From contig JAHDFA010000001.1 of NCBI GenBank assembly GCA_020628495.1, positions 7,405 through 71,404 on the forward strand: 64,000 nucleotides of DNA. The letters are read 5' to 3'. The notes below the pieces were generated by a model that worked only from the letters and a program-made list of their open reading frames with translations, did not search any database and had not been told where the DNA came from. The position numbers were made by a program, and so were the translations under genes. Each line of letters opens with the position of its first letter. The first letter of the stretch is position 1. Positions 42,500-52,033 of the stretch are shown one piece after another. This DNA is from Hellea sp. Lineage in GTDB: Bacteria > Pseudomonadota > Alphaproteobacteria > Caulobacterales > Maricaulaceae.

Positions 42500-43501
42500 A
42501 TGATAAAAGCCCGTAATGTTCTCGACCTGATTGGGAACACGCCTCTCCTATATCTAAAGGACGCGTCGGAAATGACGGGTTGTGATATTTACGGGAAAGC
42601 CGAGTTTCTTAATCCGGGTCAATCGGTCAAAGATCGCGCTGCGTTATCGATTATTCGTGCCGCGGAGAAATCCGGCGCTCTCAAACCGGGAGGCATAGTT
42701 GTCGAAGGTACTGCCGGGAATACAGGCATCGGATTGGCAATGGTCTGCTCTGCACTCGGTTATCGCTGTAAAATTGTGATGCCGCGCACGCAAAGCCAGG
42801 AGAAGAAGGATTCCGTCAAACTCTTGGGTGCAGAACTCATAGAAGTAGATGCAAAACCCTATTCAGATCCCGGCAATTATATCCATGTTTCGGAAAGGCT
42901 TGCGAAAGAACTCAATGAAACCTGTCCGAATGCTGCCGTTTGGGCTAATCAGTTTGATAACACCGCGAACCGTGACGCACATATCGCAACGACGGGTCCG
43001 GAAATTTGGGAACAGACGGAAGGAAAAGTCGACGGATTTATTTGCGCTGTTGGCTCAGGTGGAACACTGGGCGGCGTGTCCATGTCGTTGAAGGCCAAAA
43101 ACCCTGACATCCAAATCGGTTTAGCTGATCCTTATGGCTCTAAAATGTTCGCGTATTACGAACGTGGAGAGCTGGAGAGCGAAGGCAATTCAATAACTGA
43201 AGGCATCGGTCAGGGCCGCATCACCGCAAACCTGCAGGATGTTATTGTTGACCGTCAATATCAAATTTCTGACACAGATGCTCTACAAGTAATTTTCGAG
43301 CTCAACCAGTTGGAAGGCATTTGCTTAGGTGGATCGTCGGGTATCAACGTAGCCGGTGCTATACAGATGGCCCGCGATATGGGACCGGGACATACAATTG
43401 TAACAATACTATGCGATTACGGACAGCGCTATCAATCCAAAGTCTATAATCCAGAATTCCTAAGAGAGCGGAACCTGCCTGTTCCCAATTGGCTCTGCTA
43501 A
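42500..43501 (+). CDS. cysK: Cysteine synthase (PLP-dependent)
   Basis: IGNTPL, KAEFLNPGQSVKDR, TAGNTG, NQFDN, GSGGT, EGIG. CysK/CysM subtype not resolved. Confidence 0.88.
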   Translation: MIKARNVLDLIGNTPLLYLKDASEMTGCDIYGKAEFLNPGQSVKDRAALSIIRAAEKSGALKPGGIVVEGTAGNTGIGLAMVCSALGYRCKIVMPRTQSQEKKDSVKLLGAELIEVDAKPYSDPGNYIHVSERLAKELNETCPNAAVWANQFDNTANRDAHIATTGPEIWEQTEGKVDGFICAVGSGGTLGGVSMSLKAKNPDIQIGLADPYGSKMFAYYERGELESEGNSITEGIGQGRITANLQDVIVDRQYQISDTDALQVIFELNQLEGICLGGSSGINVAGAIQMARDMGPGHTIVTILCDYGQRYQSKVYNPEFLRERNLPVPNWLC

Positions 43502-43505
43502 ATCG

Positions 43506-44660
43506 ATGAAGAACAAAACTGAGCTCGCTACCAAATTTGCTCACCTGGGTAGACCGCCCGCTGGTCTCGGCACATCAGTGAGTCATCCCGTCACGCGCGC
43601 CTCAACGCTCTTGTTTGAAAAGGCCGAAGACCTCTATCGAAATGACATTCGTGGTTATGGTCGTCACGGGACCGCCGTCCATGATGCTCTTGCAGAGCTT
43701 TTCACAGAGTTAGAGGGCGGTGTTGGTGCGCTTCTTTATCCATCAGGCGTAGCCGCCCTTACGGGACCTATTCTATCCATTGTAAAGCCCGGCGATCATA
43801 TTCTTCTGACCGATTCCGCCTATGGTCCAACCCGATCCTTTTGTCAGACATTTCTCAAAAGAATGAATATCGAGACGACATTTTACAACCCGCGTGTAGG
43901 GGCCGGCATTGCTGAACTGATAAAAGAGAACACGTCTTTAATTTTGCTGGAAAGCCCCGGATCTCTCACCTTTGAAATCCAAGACATTCCTGCCATTGCC
44001 CAAGCCGCCAAAGCACGAGGTATTACCACCTTAATCGACAATACTTGGTCAGCGGGAATCACGCTTTCACCTCTCCCAATGGGAATCAATATTTCCATTC
44101 ATGCGGCGACCAAATATTTCGGCGGCCATAGCGACGTGATGTATGGAGCCGCCGTTTTTGCTGACCGGGCCAGGTACAAGAAAGCCCAGCAGACCGCTAA
44201 ACAATTGGGCAATGCAAGTTCACCGGATGATGCCTATCAAATTCTGAGGGGGTTTAGATCTGTTCTTCCCCGTTTTCGACAACAAGAAGCGACGGCATTG
44301 GCTTTGGCGAAATGGTTGATGACCCGTGACGAAGTACAGCAAGTCTTGCATCCGGCCGTTACTGACCATCCCGACCATGAGCTTTGGAAGCGTGATTTCA
44401 CGGGCAGCGGCTGTCTTTTCTCAGTTGTCTTACAGCCACTTACAGACGCAGACGTCCTCAAATTCATCGACAATCTAAACCTCTTTGGAATTGGCTATTC
44501 ATATGGTGGATTTGAAAGCTTGGCGATACATTGCGACCCACAACTCCGAAGAAATTGTGCTGCTCCACTACGCGGCCCACTCGTAAGGTTCGCTTGCGGG
44601 TTAGAGGCAATGTCCGACCTTAAATCCGATATAGAACAATCTCTTGCGACTGTTTTTTAA
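43506..44660 (+). CDS. metC: Cystathionine beta-lyase
   Basis: RASTLLF, YGRHGT, ESPGSLTFE, DNTWS, AATKYFGGHSD, GYSYGGFESL. Confidence 0.9.
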   Translation: MKNKTELATKFAHLGRPPAGLGTSVSHPVTRASTLLFEKAEDLYRNDIRGYGRHGTAVHDALAELFTELEGGVGALLYPSGVAALTGPILSIVKPGDHILLTDSAYGPTRSFCQTFLKRMNIETTFYNPRVGAGIAELIKENTSLILLESPGSLTFEIQDIPAIAQAAKARGITTLIDNTWSAGITLSPLPMGINISIHAATKYFGGHSDVMYGAAVFADRARYKKAQQTAKQLGNASSPDDAYQILRGFRSVLPRFRQQEATALALAKWLMTRDEVQQVLHPAVTDHPDHELWKRDFTGSGCLFSVVLQPLTDADVLKFIDNLNLFGIGYSYGGFESLAIHCDPQLRRNCAAPLRGPLVRFACGLEAMSDLKSDIEQSLATVF

Positions 44661-45837
44661 AGCCTTTCGTTTTCTAGCCTTCACTCTACTTCTTTGGGGC
44701 GTGATCGTGCTGGGCTCCTGCGCACCAGCGCGAACGATATTAAAACAGGCAGATCTGACGCCGCCATTGAACGCCCCCGCAAAACTTGAAAACACAGCAG
44801 CTAGTTTCAAAGCCTTGGAACAATCCATTTATGGCGAGTTCACGCCACCGACACAATTCGAACTCCAGAAAACCGAAGTTATCTCTAAGGACTGGTTGAA
44901 CGGAAAAGCGACAGTCGAACGTCGTATTTATTCTATTTCGCACGGCCAATCCCCTCAGCCATTTGAAATCATATTTGTTTGGAACAATTCCGCTCCACAA
45001 GCGCCAATAATCATCTCCCAGAATTTCTCATCCAATGAGGGCGTTATTGCAGATGATGGAGTTTCTCTTTTAGGAGACAGCGGATCAAGTATGGGCTTTC
45101 TAGGGCCCGTCTTCACATATTTTTTCGGGCGTTATATCGTTGAGCCCCCTTGGAACGACATTTTAGATAGCGGATATAGTTTCGTCGCCATGCACCCGCC
45201 GGATTATATTGCCGATCGTGCGACGCGAGGAACCTCTCAGCTCAATACCATTTTTGGCGACAACCCCAATCGTCCCGGAACGCTAACGGTTTGGGCTTCT
45301 CTAACAACGGCCTTGGCGAATGACCTAAAGAAAGACACCCCTTCCCGCTCCGTTATTGCCCTCGGACATTCTCGTTATGGAAAGACTGCCCTTCTCGCTG
45401 CAGCTTATGGCGTGTCCGTGGACGGGGCTGTTTCACACCAATCCGGTACTGCTGGTGCGTCTCTGATGCGGGACAAAACAGGCGAGAGCATTAAAGATGT
45501 CTTACTGAGATATCCGCATTGGTTGAAGCCATCAGCTTCGGAATTTGCAGACAATCCAAGGGAATTACCGACAGATGCCCATGCATTATTGGCATTTATT
45601 GCTCCAAAACCGATTTTTCTTGGGAATGCCCGGCGAGATGTATGGTCAGACCCCGAAGGCGCATATCAAGCTGCAAAATGGGCATCACAAAATACAGACC
45701 AATCATTCTCAGCCACGCGTTTGGATGATTTTAAACCATCCGATGACATCGCATTCTGGACACGTCCAGGGACACATGGTGTCGTTAAAGAAGACTGGCC
45801 GGCCTTCCTCGAATTCATGGATGCACACTTTAAATAA
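44644..45837 (+). CDS. CE15 (glucuronoyl esterase-like) esterase, probable lipoprotein
   Basis: LGSC lipobox; GHSRYGK nucleophile motif, SGTAG, LPTDAHALLAFIAP, WSDPEG, PGTHG. Confidence 0.75.
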   Translation: MRLFFKAFRFLAFTLLLWGVIVLGSCAPARTILKQADLTPPLNAPAKLENTAASFKALEQSIYGEFTPPTQFELQKTEVISKDWLNGKATVERRIYSISHGQSPQPFEIIFVWNNSAPQAPIIISQNFSSNEGVIADDGVSLLGDSGSSMGFLGPVFTYFFGRYIVEPPWNDILDSGYSFVAMHPPDYIADRATRGTSQLNTIFGDNPNRPGTLTVWASLTTALANDLKKDTPSRSVIALGHSRYGKTALLAAAYGVSVDGAVSHQSGTAGASLMRDKTGESIKDVLLRYPHWLKPSASEFADNPRELPTDAHALLAFIAPKPIFLGNARRDVWSDPEGAYQAAKWASQNTDQSFSATRLDDFKPSDDIAFWTRPGTHGVVKEDWPAFLEFMDAHFK

Positions 45838-45950
45838 GTGGAATTTTGGCCTCGCCCTCTTACAATCGCCTAATACGCTTCCCATGTCATAAATATAAGA
45901 AAGCGGAAGTGCCATAAACCGCTCGAAAAGATTAGTTTTGGGAGACGACC

Positions 45951-46133
45951 ATGGGACCGTTGATTGCACGTACATTTTTGCTTGGGTTAATTTGTTTTGG
46001 CCCAATTGCATTCATTCTGCTGCGATACAAAACCTTTCGGAAAAAGCACTTCAAAATCGCGCTTCTGCTTTCTTTGGCAGCCACACTCGTGTTCTGCTTT
46101 TTGATGTTCATAATGTTTTTGGAGGGACAATAA
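45951..46133 (+). CDS. Small two-TM membrane protein
   Basis: GGAGA RBS, 60 aa, two hydrophobic stretches around a basic loop; ends 1 nt before the SPFH gene and carries its RBS. Confidence 0.6.
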   Translation: MGPLIARTFLLGLICFGPIAFILLRYKTFRKKHFKIALLLSLAATLVFCFLMFIMFLEGQ

Positions 46134-46134
46134 C

Positions 46135-46914
46135 GTGAAAAATTATCTCACACTTACTCTTGCAGCTCTAACACTGACGGCGTGCGGCGCTATTCAAACC
46201 GGCGAAGTCGGCGTACGAACGACCTTCACTGGTAAAGTTGTGCAACAAGAAATCGGCCAAGGCTTCTACACGCATATTACTTCTGACGTGAAAGAGTTCT
46301 CGACGAAGGAAATCGCGATTGAGCTGTTCAACATGCAGCCGAAAGCTGGCGATAACCTCACTTTAGACGATCTGGATATCGAAGTTTACTATACAATAAA
46401 TCCGTCATCAGTCGTCGATATGCACATTAAATACGCCAATCGTCATGAGCGCTCAAATACCGGCTCATACCTCCCGGTTTATAACCTTGTGAAGAGTTTC
46501 GCGCGTGAAGCGGTCTATGGAACAGTCTCTGAATATGACAGTTTGGTTGTCCACCAAGAACGCGACAAAATCCGTTTGCAGGTTAAAGAACGCACGCAAG
46601 AAGCCTTGGACGCCACAGATCCGGGAGTATTCCAAATTCAAAAAGTTGTCATTCGGGACGTCAAAACAGACCCGACAATTGAAGACTCGATCAAATTGGC
46701 CGTAGCGCGAAATAAGGAGCTGGAAGCCAAAAAGATTGAACTTCAAATCGCCCGAGAGCAGGTTCTAATCAACGAAGCTCTCACCTTGTCCTTGACGCCT
46801 GAAATTCTCGAACAAAAGCGTCTCGAAGTCATTGAGAGCGCCTGCAAGGTCGGCACTTGTATTCTATCCATGGGCGATGGCGGTAGCGTGCAACCCGTCC
46901 TGAATGTAAAATAG
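46135..46914 (+). CDS. SPFH/prohibitin (band 7) family lipoprotein
   Basis: LTAC lipobox, IQTGEVGV, LDIEVYY, C-terminal coiled coil, SLTPEIL. Confidence 0.85.
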   Translation: MKNYLTLTLAALTLTACGAIQTGEVGVRTTFTGKVVQQEIGQGFYTHITSDVKEFSTKEIAIELFNMQPKAGDNLTLDDLDIEVYYTINPSSVVDMHIKYANRHERSNTGSYLPVYNLVKSFAREAVYGTVSEYDSLVVHQERDKIRLQVKERTQEALDATDPGVFQIQKVVIRDVKTDPTIEDSIKLAVARNKELEAKKIELQIAREQVLINEALTLSLTPEILEQKRLEVIESACKVGTCILSMGDGGSVQPVLNVK

Positions 46915-46948
46915 CGCTAAACGTTGAGCGAATTTATAAATTGAAGAG

Positions 46949-47025
46949 TGGCAGACCCATCAGGACTCGAACCTGAAACCTGCCGCTTAGAAGGCGGCTG
47001 CTCTATCCAGTTGAGCTATAGGTCC
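46949..47025 (-). tRNA. tRNA-Arg(TCT)
   Basis: 77-nt cloverleaf; GCCGC-CTTCTAA-GCGGC anticodon arm, TTCGAGT T-loop, encoded CCA. Confidence 0.97.
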
Positions 47026-47035
47026 CCAATATACC

Positions 47036-47341
47036 CTAATGGGTCCAAGGCAGCTTTCGGTCAAAGTCGAAATTCTCGGCATAAGACCGGGAGATGCGTT
47101 TCGCCTTAGGACGGTCTATTACGCGGTGCGGAATATTATTCGCTTTGGCGTAATAGACTGCAGCCTCTTTGGACTCAAATTTCATATTCAGCTGAGACCG
47201 TGTATCCACACTTCGCGTATTGCCAGTCAGGGCATCAATAACCCGCGGCTGTGAAGATTGGAAATCCAACATCCAAACACCCGCAGTCGCGCGTCCCGAT
47301 GTCATGGCAGACGGTTCAGCTTTATATATCTTTGCGTACAT
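47036..47341 (-). CDS. ETC complex I subunit (NDUFS4-like)
   Basis: AKIYK...AMTSG...W...FESKEAAV.YA...RSYAENF...PWTH. Confidence 0.88.
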   Translation of the reverse strand: MYAKIYKAEPSAMTSGRATAGVWMLDFQSSQPRVIDALTGNTRSVDTRSQLNMKFESKEAAVYYAKANNIPHRVIDRPKAKRISRSYAENFDFDRKLPWTH

Positions 47342-47347
47342 AAGGGG

Positions 47348-47376
47348 GCGATAGCGCTGGACTGCGCAAGCGTCAA
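47348..47376 (-). promoter_or_regulatory. Promoter implying a leaderless mRNA
   Basis: TTGACG-N17-TATCGC ending 6 nt before the ATG; no SD sequence. Confidence 0.55.
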
Positions 47377-47388
47377 TCCAACGAATGC

Positions 47389-49344
47389 TTAGATGTTCTT
47401 ATGAAATGCAGAATTCAGCATAGATTTTACATCCGCCATGTTGCTTGGCTTTGCGGCTGCCGCTTTGGCCTGAAGACGCTCCCTCACCTGAGCTGCAAGA
47501 GCGGTGGATTGTTGAGTTGGCGCAGGCGCGCGTGGCGGCATAACTCTTTTTGTCGCAGGTTGAGACGCCGGCGCTCTTTTACGTAGTGCAGCGCGTGTGT
47601 CCTGCACTGTCGGGACATGGACGACCGGCGCAGATGGTTTACCGTCCGGATGCAAGCTTCTGGCCCGCCACCTATCAAAAACCTTACTCATCAATTCTGG
47701 CGTTGCCATGTCTTGCTTCCACAAATCAGTAAATTGCGCGCTTGAACTGTGTGGACGGTATTCTGCCGCCAAATTATTCAAGATTACTCGCATTGGCAGG
47801 TTTACGGATTCACCAAACACCATTGTTTCTGCTGTGCCGAGGGAAGGAAGAAATGATAATAGCTCCGCAGCGCCATCCGGAACGGCTGCACGGACGAAGT
47901 TTTGGTCCAACTCATTTGAAAGACGCATGGAGAAAATTGTCGAACATTGCGAAAGAGTTGAGGGCTCCAGCTCAGACGGACGCTGAGAAACGATTGCCAG
48001 TGAAACACCATATTTACGGCCTTCTTTCGCAATTCTGCCGATGATTTTTCGTGTAGAATGAAAACCCAGGCTTTTATCGCGCGGGATATATCTATGCGCT
48101 TCTTCACAGACGAGAAGGATTGGTAATTGCCTCTCTGACCAAGTGGCAAGCTCAAAGGCTAGGCGGCTCACGACTGAGACAACTATGTTCAATGCTTCTG
48201 ATGGGATACCTGAAAAATCTAGGCAGGAAATCGGTTTTCCGTTGACCGGAAGGCGGAAAATACGTCCGACAATCTCTTCAATCGGGCGGGGAGACGCCTG
48301 ATTTTTAAAGACAAATTGATAGCGCGGGTCAGCAATTAGCGTCGCGATGCGACGATTTAAGCGCTTATAGGGGGCGAGGTTATTTGCATTGTCTAACTTG
48401 CCCATTTCATGGTCGATGAGTTTCGCCACATCCCGTATGCGGTAAGGCACAGGACTGTCGAGAGTAATATGAGAGGAGCGCTGCAGTTCTGCTTCGACAT
48501 CATCCAGCTTAACTTGTGTGCTTAGATTTCCGTTTTTGACCGACCGATCATATAAACGCTTAGCTTTCAATAACAGATCATGAAGAATTTCTGTCTCTTC
48601 GCGCGCTTGATCTTCAATATCGGAACACAAAAGCTCACAGGTTTCGACAAAATCAAAAATCCACAGCGGAAGGTCGAGTGAGTCTTGATCAATGACCTCT
48701 GCGCGATTTCCGAAACTCTTGGAGTATTCATTATGTGGATCGAACAAGACCACATGCCCCATCGGATTTTCGTCCAATATCGCCTGAAGAACCAAAGCCA
48801 CGGTGCAGGATTTGCCTGATCCGGTAGAACCGATAATTGCAAAATGTTTGGATAGTAAATCATCAATTCGCACTTTCGCGACGATTGAGTTATCCTGTTG
48901 CAACCGACCAACCTCGATACAGGCCTCATTCTCTCGGTTGAAAATCAGGGTCAATTCTTGCGGAGACATGTTGTAAACGGCCTCGCCCAGAACAGGGAAA
49001 GAGCGAACTCCGCGGAAGAACTTTGTTTCGCGTGTCGTTTCATTCGTCGTGATTTCGCCCATAATGTTGAGGGTTGCCAAGCAACCATCCGACATGCCTT
49101 CGGCATCCTCCGCACCAATTTTAAGTGAGCCGACCATGGCGACCACAATCGATTTGCTCGTCACGATTTTGAGGATAGTGCCAATTTGCGCCATTTGAAG
49201 CTGATTATTACGAATCACCGACTTGTTGATGGATATGACCGCCATTGCGGACCCGACATTTCTGATCCGGCCGATCTCCACCTGTTTAAACGGTTGTGCA
49301 CGCGATAGAGGCGCAAAATTTTCGGCTTTTTGTAGAGTAGTCAT
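47389..49344 (-). CDS. HerA-like (DUF87) ATPase
   Basis: N-terminal HAS-barrel-like region; KHFAIIGSTGSGKS, FDPHNEY, LVCEEAHRY, IAKEGRKYG, SQRPSEL. Confidence 0.9.
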   Translation of the reverse strand: MTTLQKAENFAPLSRAQPFKQVEIGRIRNVGSAMAVISINKSVIRNNQLQMAQIGTILKIVTSKSIVVAMVGSLKIGAEDAEGMSDGCLATLNIMGEITTNETTRETKFFRGVRSFPVLGEAVYNMSPQELTLIFNRENEACIEVGRLQQDNSIVAKVRIDDLLSKHFAIIGSTGSGKSCTVALVLQAILDENPMGHVVLFDPHNEYSKSFGNRAEVIDQDSLDLPLWIFDFVETCELLCSDIEDQAREETEILHDLLLKAKRLYDRSVKNGNLSTQVKLDDVEAELQRSSHITLDSPVPYRIRDVAKLIDHEMGKLDNANNLAPYKRLNRRIATLIADPRYQFVFKNQASPRPIEEIVGRIFRLPVNGKPISCLDFSGIPSEALNIVVSVVSRLAFELATWSERQLPILLVCEEAHRYIPRDKSLGFHSTRKIIGRIAKEGRKYGVSLAIVSQRPSELEPSTLSQCSTIFSMRLSNELDQNFVRAAVPDGAAELLSFLPSLGTAETMVFGESVNLPMRVILNNLAAEYRPHSSSAQFTDLWKQDMATPELMSKVFDRWRARSLHPDGKPSAPVVHVPTVQDTRAALRKRAPASQPATKRVMPPRAPAPTQQSTALAAQVRERLQAKAAAAKPSNMADVKSMLNSAFHKNI

Positions 49345-49428
49345 AGATAATTCTTCCCAACGTCTGGGAGACATCTAGCGTGAATGGCTTATCAAAGCCT
49401 TACAATCAAAGTAAATTGGGAAAATCCG

Positions 49429-49505
49429 TGGTCGGGGCGGCAAGATTCGAACTTGCGACCCTCTGTTCCCAAAACAGATGCGCTACCAGGCTGCGCTACG
49501 CCCCG
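49429..49505 (-). tRNA. tRNA-Pro(TGG)
   Basis: CGGGGCG...TCTGT-TTTGGGA-ACAGA...CGCCCCGACCA, 77 nt. Confidence 0.97.
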
Positions 49506-49567
49506 AACACGGTGGAGCGCTACTTACCGCGACCAACGTAAAAGGCAAGTGAAGAGTGTAAGGAAAG

Positions 49568-50038
49568 TCAGTTGCCGAAAAACGGATGCTTAACCGTATC
49601 GCCAGGACGAATGCCTCGCGCTTTTGCTTCTCCGCCTTTTAGCTCCACAACTGCGGCAATGACAGCTTCAGATGAAGCACTTCGAAGTGTGTAAGGTTGA
49701 TGGGAATGTTCAATTTTCAAAATTTTACCATTTGAGCGAACGAAAAGTATGTCGAGGGGAATGGACGTGTTCTTCATCCAAATCGTCGCGATTTTGGGCT
49801 CCGCAAATTCAAATATCATACCCGTATCGGCGTCCATGGTTTCGCGAAACATCATACCTCTTGCCTGTTGGTCCAGTGTTTTGGCTTCCTCGACAAGAAA
49901 ATCATGCGTGCCCTCTTCCGTTACAATGCTCAGAGGTTTGGGCTCGCCGAAGTCCACAACATCATTTTTTGACGTTTGCGCAAAAACAGGTGCTGCAAGC
50001 AGAGAGGCGCCAAGGATGAGAGAGAATAACATTTTCAT
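49568..50038 (-). CDS. DUF192 family secreted protein
   Basis: Signal peptide; [29 protein letters not shown]. Confidence 0.9.
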   Translation of the reverse strand: MKMLFSLILGASLLAAPVFAQTSKNDVVDFGEPKPLSIVTEEGTHDFLVEEAKTLDQQARGMMFRETMDADTGMIFEFAEPKIATIWMKNTSIPLDILFVRSNGKILKIEHSHQPYTLRSASSEAVIAAVVELKGGEAKARGIRPGDTVKHPFFGN

Positions 50039-50119
50039 GTCTTCGCCATACAGGCTGAACCCATTGCATGTAAATTGAAAATCAGGTGAGATTACAGACG
50101 AATTGTCGGCGCATCTGAA

Positions 50120-50194
50120 TGGCAGTCCCTAGGGGAATCGAACCCCTCTTTCCAGGTTGAAAACCTGGCGTCCTAACCGATAGACGAAGGGACC
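50120..50194 (-). tRNA. tRNA-Glu(TTC)
   Basis: GGTCCCT...CCAGG-TTTTCAA-CCTGG...AGGGACTGCCA, 75 nt. Confidence 0.97.
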
Positions 50195-50263
50195 GCATCA
50201 GTCAGTGTGGAGCGCGATATATAGACGGGTTTCGTAGCTTGCAAGAGACTTTCGTGCAAAATC

Positions 50264-52033
50264 TCAGTCCGTTACAGGCGCAAGGTCCTGAAGATGGAAA
50301 TCAATCCGCGTGTGGCCCTGCCAGATATTGGTTTTTAGCTGTCCAACCGCATTAAATCGGCCTGAGCCAGCAGTTAGCAAGGCTTCATCCAGCCCTGATT
50401 CGCCAGCGCGAAAACATATTCCGCTTATTGAACCTCCTTCCCCATCTGACAACGTAAAGCGAACATGATCGCCTTTCGTCCGTTTTGCGAATGAAACAGA
50501 CAGATTCGAAAAGGCAAAAACGGGTTGAGGATTTTCGGCCCCATATGGTCCGACGGCATCAATTATCTCCATAAGATCACCGGAAACGGCGGACAGCGAC
50601 AAAACGAAATCCAGTTTTGTTGAATCATTTTCTAAGGCCGTTGCGACATCTGCCGCCAATCGAAGCGACATGAATTCCCGAAGCGCGTCAATTTCGTCAG
50701 GATTCATGGTCAAGCCGCCTGCCATTTCATGGCCGCCGCCTGACGCAAGTAATCCTTCGGCTTTCGCAGCGCTTAAGGCACCACCTAGATCTACGCCTGA
50801 TATAGATCGTCCCGATCCCTTCGCGACAGCTGGCACTACATCATTGTCAATTCCAATGACGATTGCCGGTTTGCGGAAACGGTCTTTCAGCCTTCCGGCA
50901 ACGATACCAATAATACCCGGATGCCAATCGGGCATGGCCACAATGATGATGGGTTCACCTGATTGCGCTTGTGCCGTTTCTAAGGCCTCCGCCAGAATGC
51001 GGTCCTGCATCTTACGGCGCTCTTGATTAACTCTGTCCAGCTCGGCCGCGTGCGCATAAGCCGTTTGTGCGTTTTCGGTCGAGAGTAACTCGGCCCCCAT
51101 ATCTGCCCGCCCAATACGCCCCCCGGCATTGATCCGTGGTCCCAAGACAAAGCCCGCATGATAAGTCGTATAAGGTGGCTCGGCGCTGGCGATATCTGCC
51201 AAAGCTTCAACACCAACATTTTGATTGGCGGACAACACCTTCAATCCTTGCTTGACGATTGCGCGGTTTACCCCGCGCAAAGGCACGACATCGCAAATCG
51301 TGCCCAGGGCGGTAAGACCCAACAGGCTTTTCAAATCGATCTGTGGAGATAGTCCGCGCGCGCGGGCTTCCCGTTGCAAAGCAACAAGTAACATGAAGGT
51401 CACACCTGCCGCCGCGAGATGTCCCTGCCCTGAACTGTCATCCTGTCGATTTGGGTTCACAAGGGCCAAAGCGGGTGGTGGTGTGTGATCCATCAAATGA
51501 TGATCAACGACGATCACAGGCAAATCAATGCGGTGAGCATATTCCAAAGCGCCATGAGCCGCCGCACCACAATCCAATGTAACGACCAAATCAACTGACT
51601 CTGACTTTAATTGCTCAAAGGCAGATTCTGAGGGCCCATATCCTTCTTTCACCCGGTCCGGCACATAGAGGCCGAATTCATAGTCAATGGCACGCCCCCA
51701 ACGAATAAGCTGAGCTGCTGACGTCCCGCCATCCACATCATAATCCGAGAACAGCGTAATGCGTTTTCCGTCCCGAATGTGATCCAAAATCAATCCGGCG
51801 GCTTTGTCTGCATCAACCAGATCAGATGGGTTCGGCAAGCTATTCCTCAGTGTGGGCGAGAGAAATACATCCACATCACACGGCGCCACGTCCCTTCCGG
51901 AAAGCAATGCTGCCTGTAACAGCGGAAGGCCTGTTTCAGCAGCATAGCCCTCAAGCGTTGCAGGGTCATGACGAAAGGTCCATTTACGTCCTCTTAACGA
52001 ACGCGATACCCCCAGACAGAGCCTATCGCTCAT
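50264..52033 (-). CDS. recJ: ssDNA-specific exonuclease RecJ
   Basis: DYDVDG, PDR..GYG, LDCG, DHH, GPRINAGGR, KGSGRS, GGHEMAGG. Confidence 0.96.
   Translation of the reverse strand: MSDRLCLGVSRSLRGRKWTFRHDPATLEGYAAETGLPLLQAALLSGRDVAPCDVDVFLSPTLRNSLPNPSDLVDADKAAGLILDHIRDGKRITLFSDYDVDGGTSAAQLIRWGRAIDYEFGLYVPDRVKEGYGPSESAFEQLKSESVDLVVTLDCGAAAHGALEYAHRIDLPVIVVDHHLMDHTPPPALALVNPNRQDDSSGQGHLAAAGVTFMLLVALQREARARGLSPQIDLKSLLGLTALGTICDVVPLRGVNRAIVKQGLKVLSANQNVGVEALADIASAEPPYTTYHAGFVLGPRINAGGRIGRADMGAELLSTENAQTAYAHAAELDRVNQERRKMQDRILAEALETAQAQSGEPIIIVAMPDWHPGIIGIVAGRLKDRFRKPAIVIGIDNDVVPAVAKGSGRSISGVDLGGALSAAKAEGLLASGGGHEMAGGLTMNPDEIDALREFMSLRLAADVATALENDSTKLDFVLSLSAVSGDLMEIIDAVGPYGAENPQPVFAFSNLSVSFAKRTKGDHVRFTLSDGEGGSISGICFRAGESGLDEALLTAGSGRFNAVGQLKTNIWQGHTRIDFHLQDLAPVTD

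Noticed and set aside
45939-45958. Possible degenerate copy of the tRNA-Arg 3' end (attR)
   Set aside because: Only a gapped partial match that coincides with the RBS and start of the small ORF.
49384-49593. ORF overlapping tRNA-Pro(TGG); likewise 56975..57400 and 56984..57172 over tRNA-Pro(GGG)
   Set aside because: Typical spurious translations of tRNA sequence.
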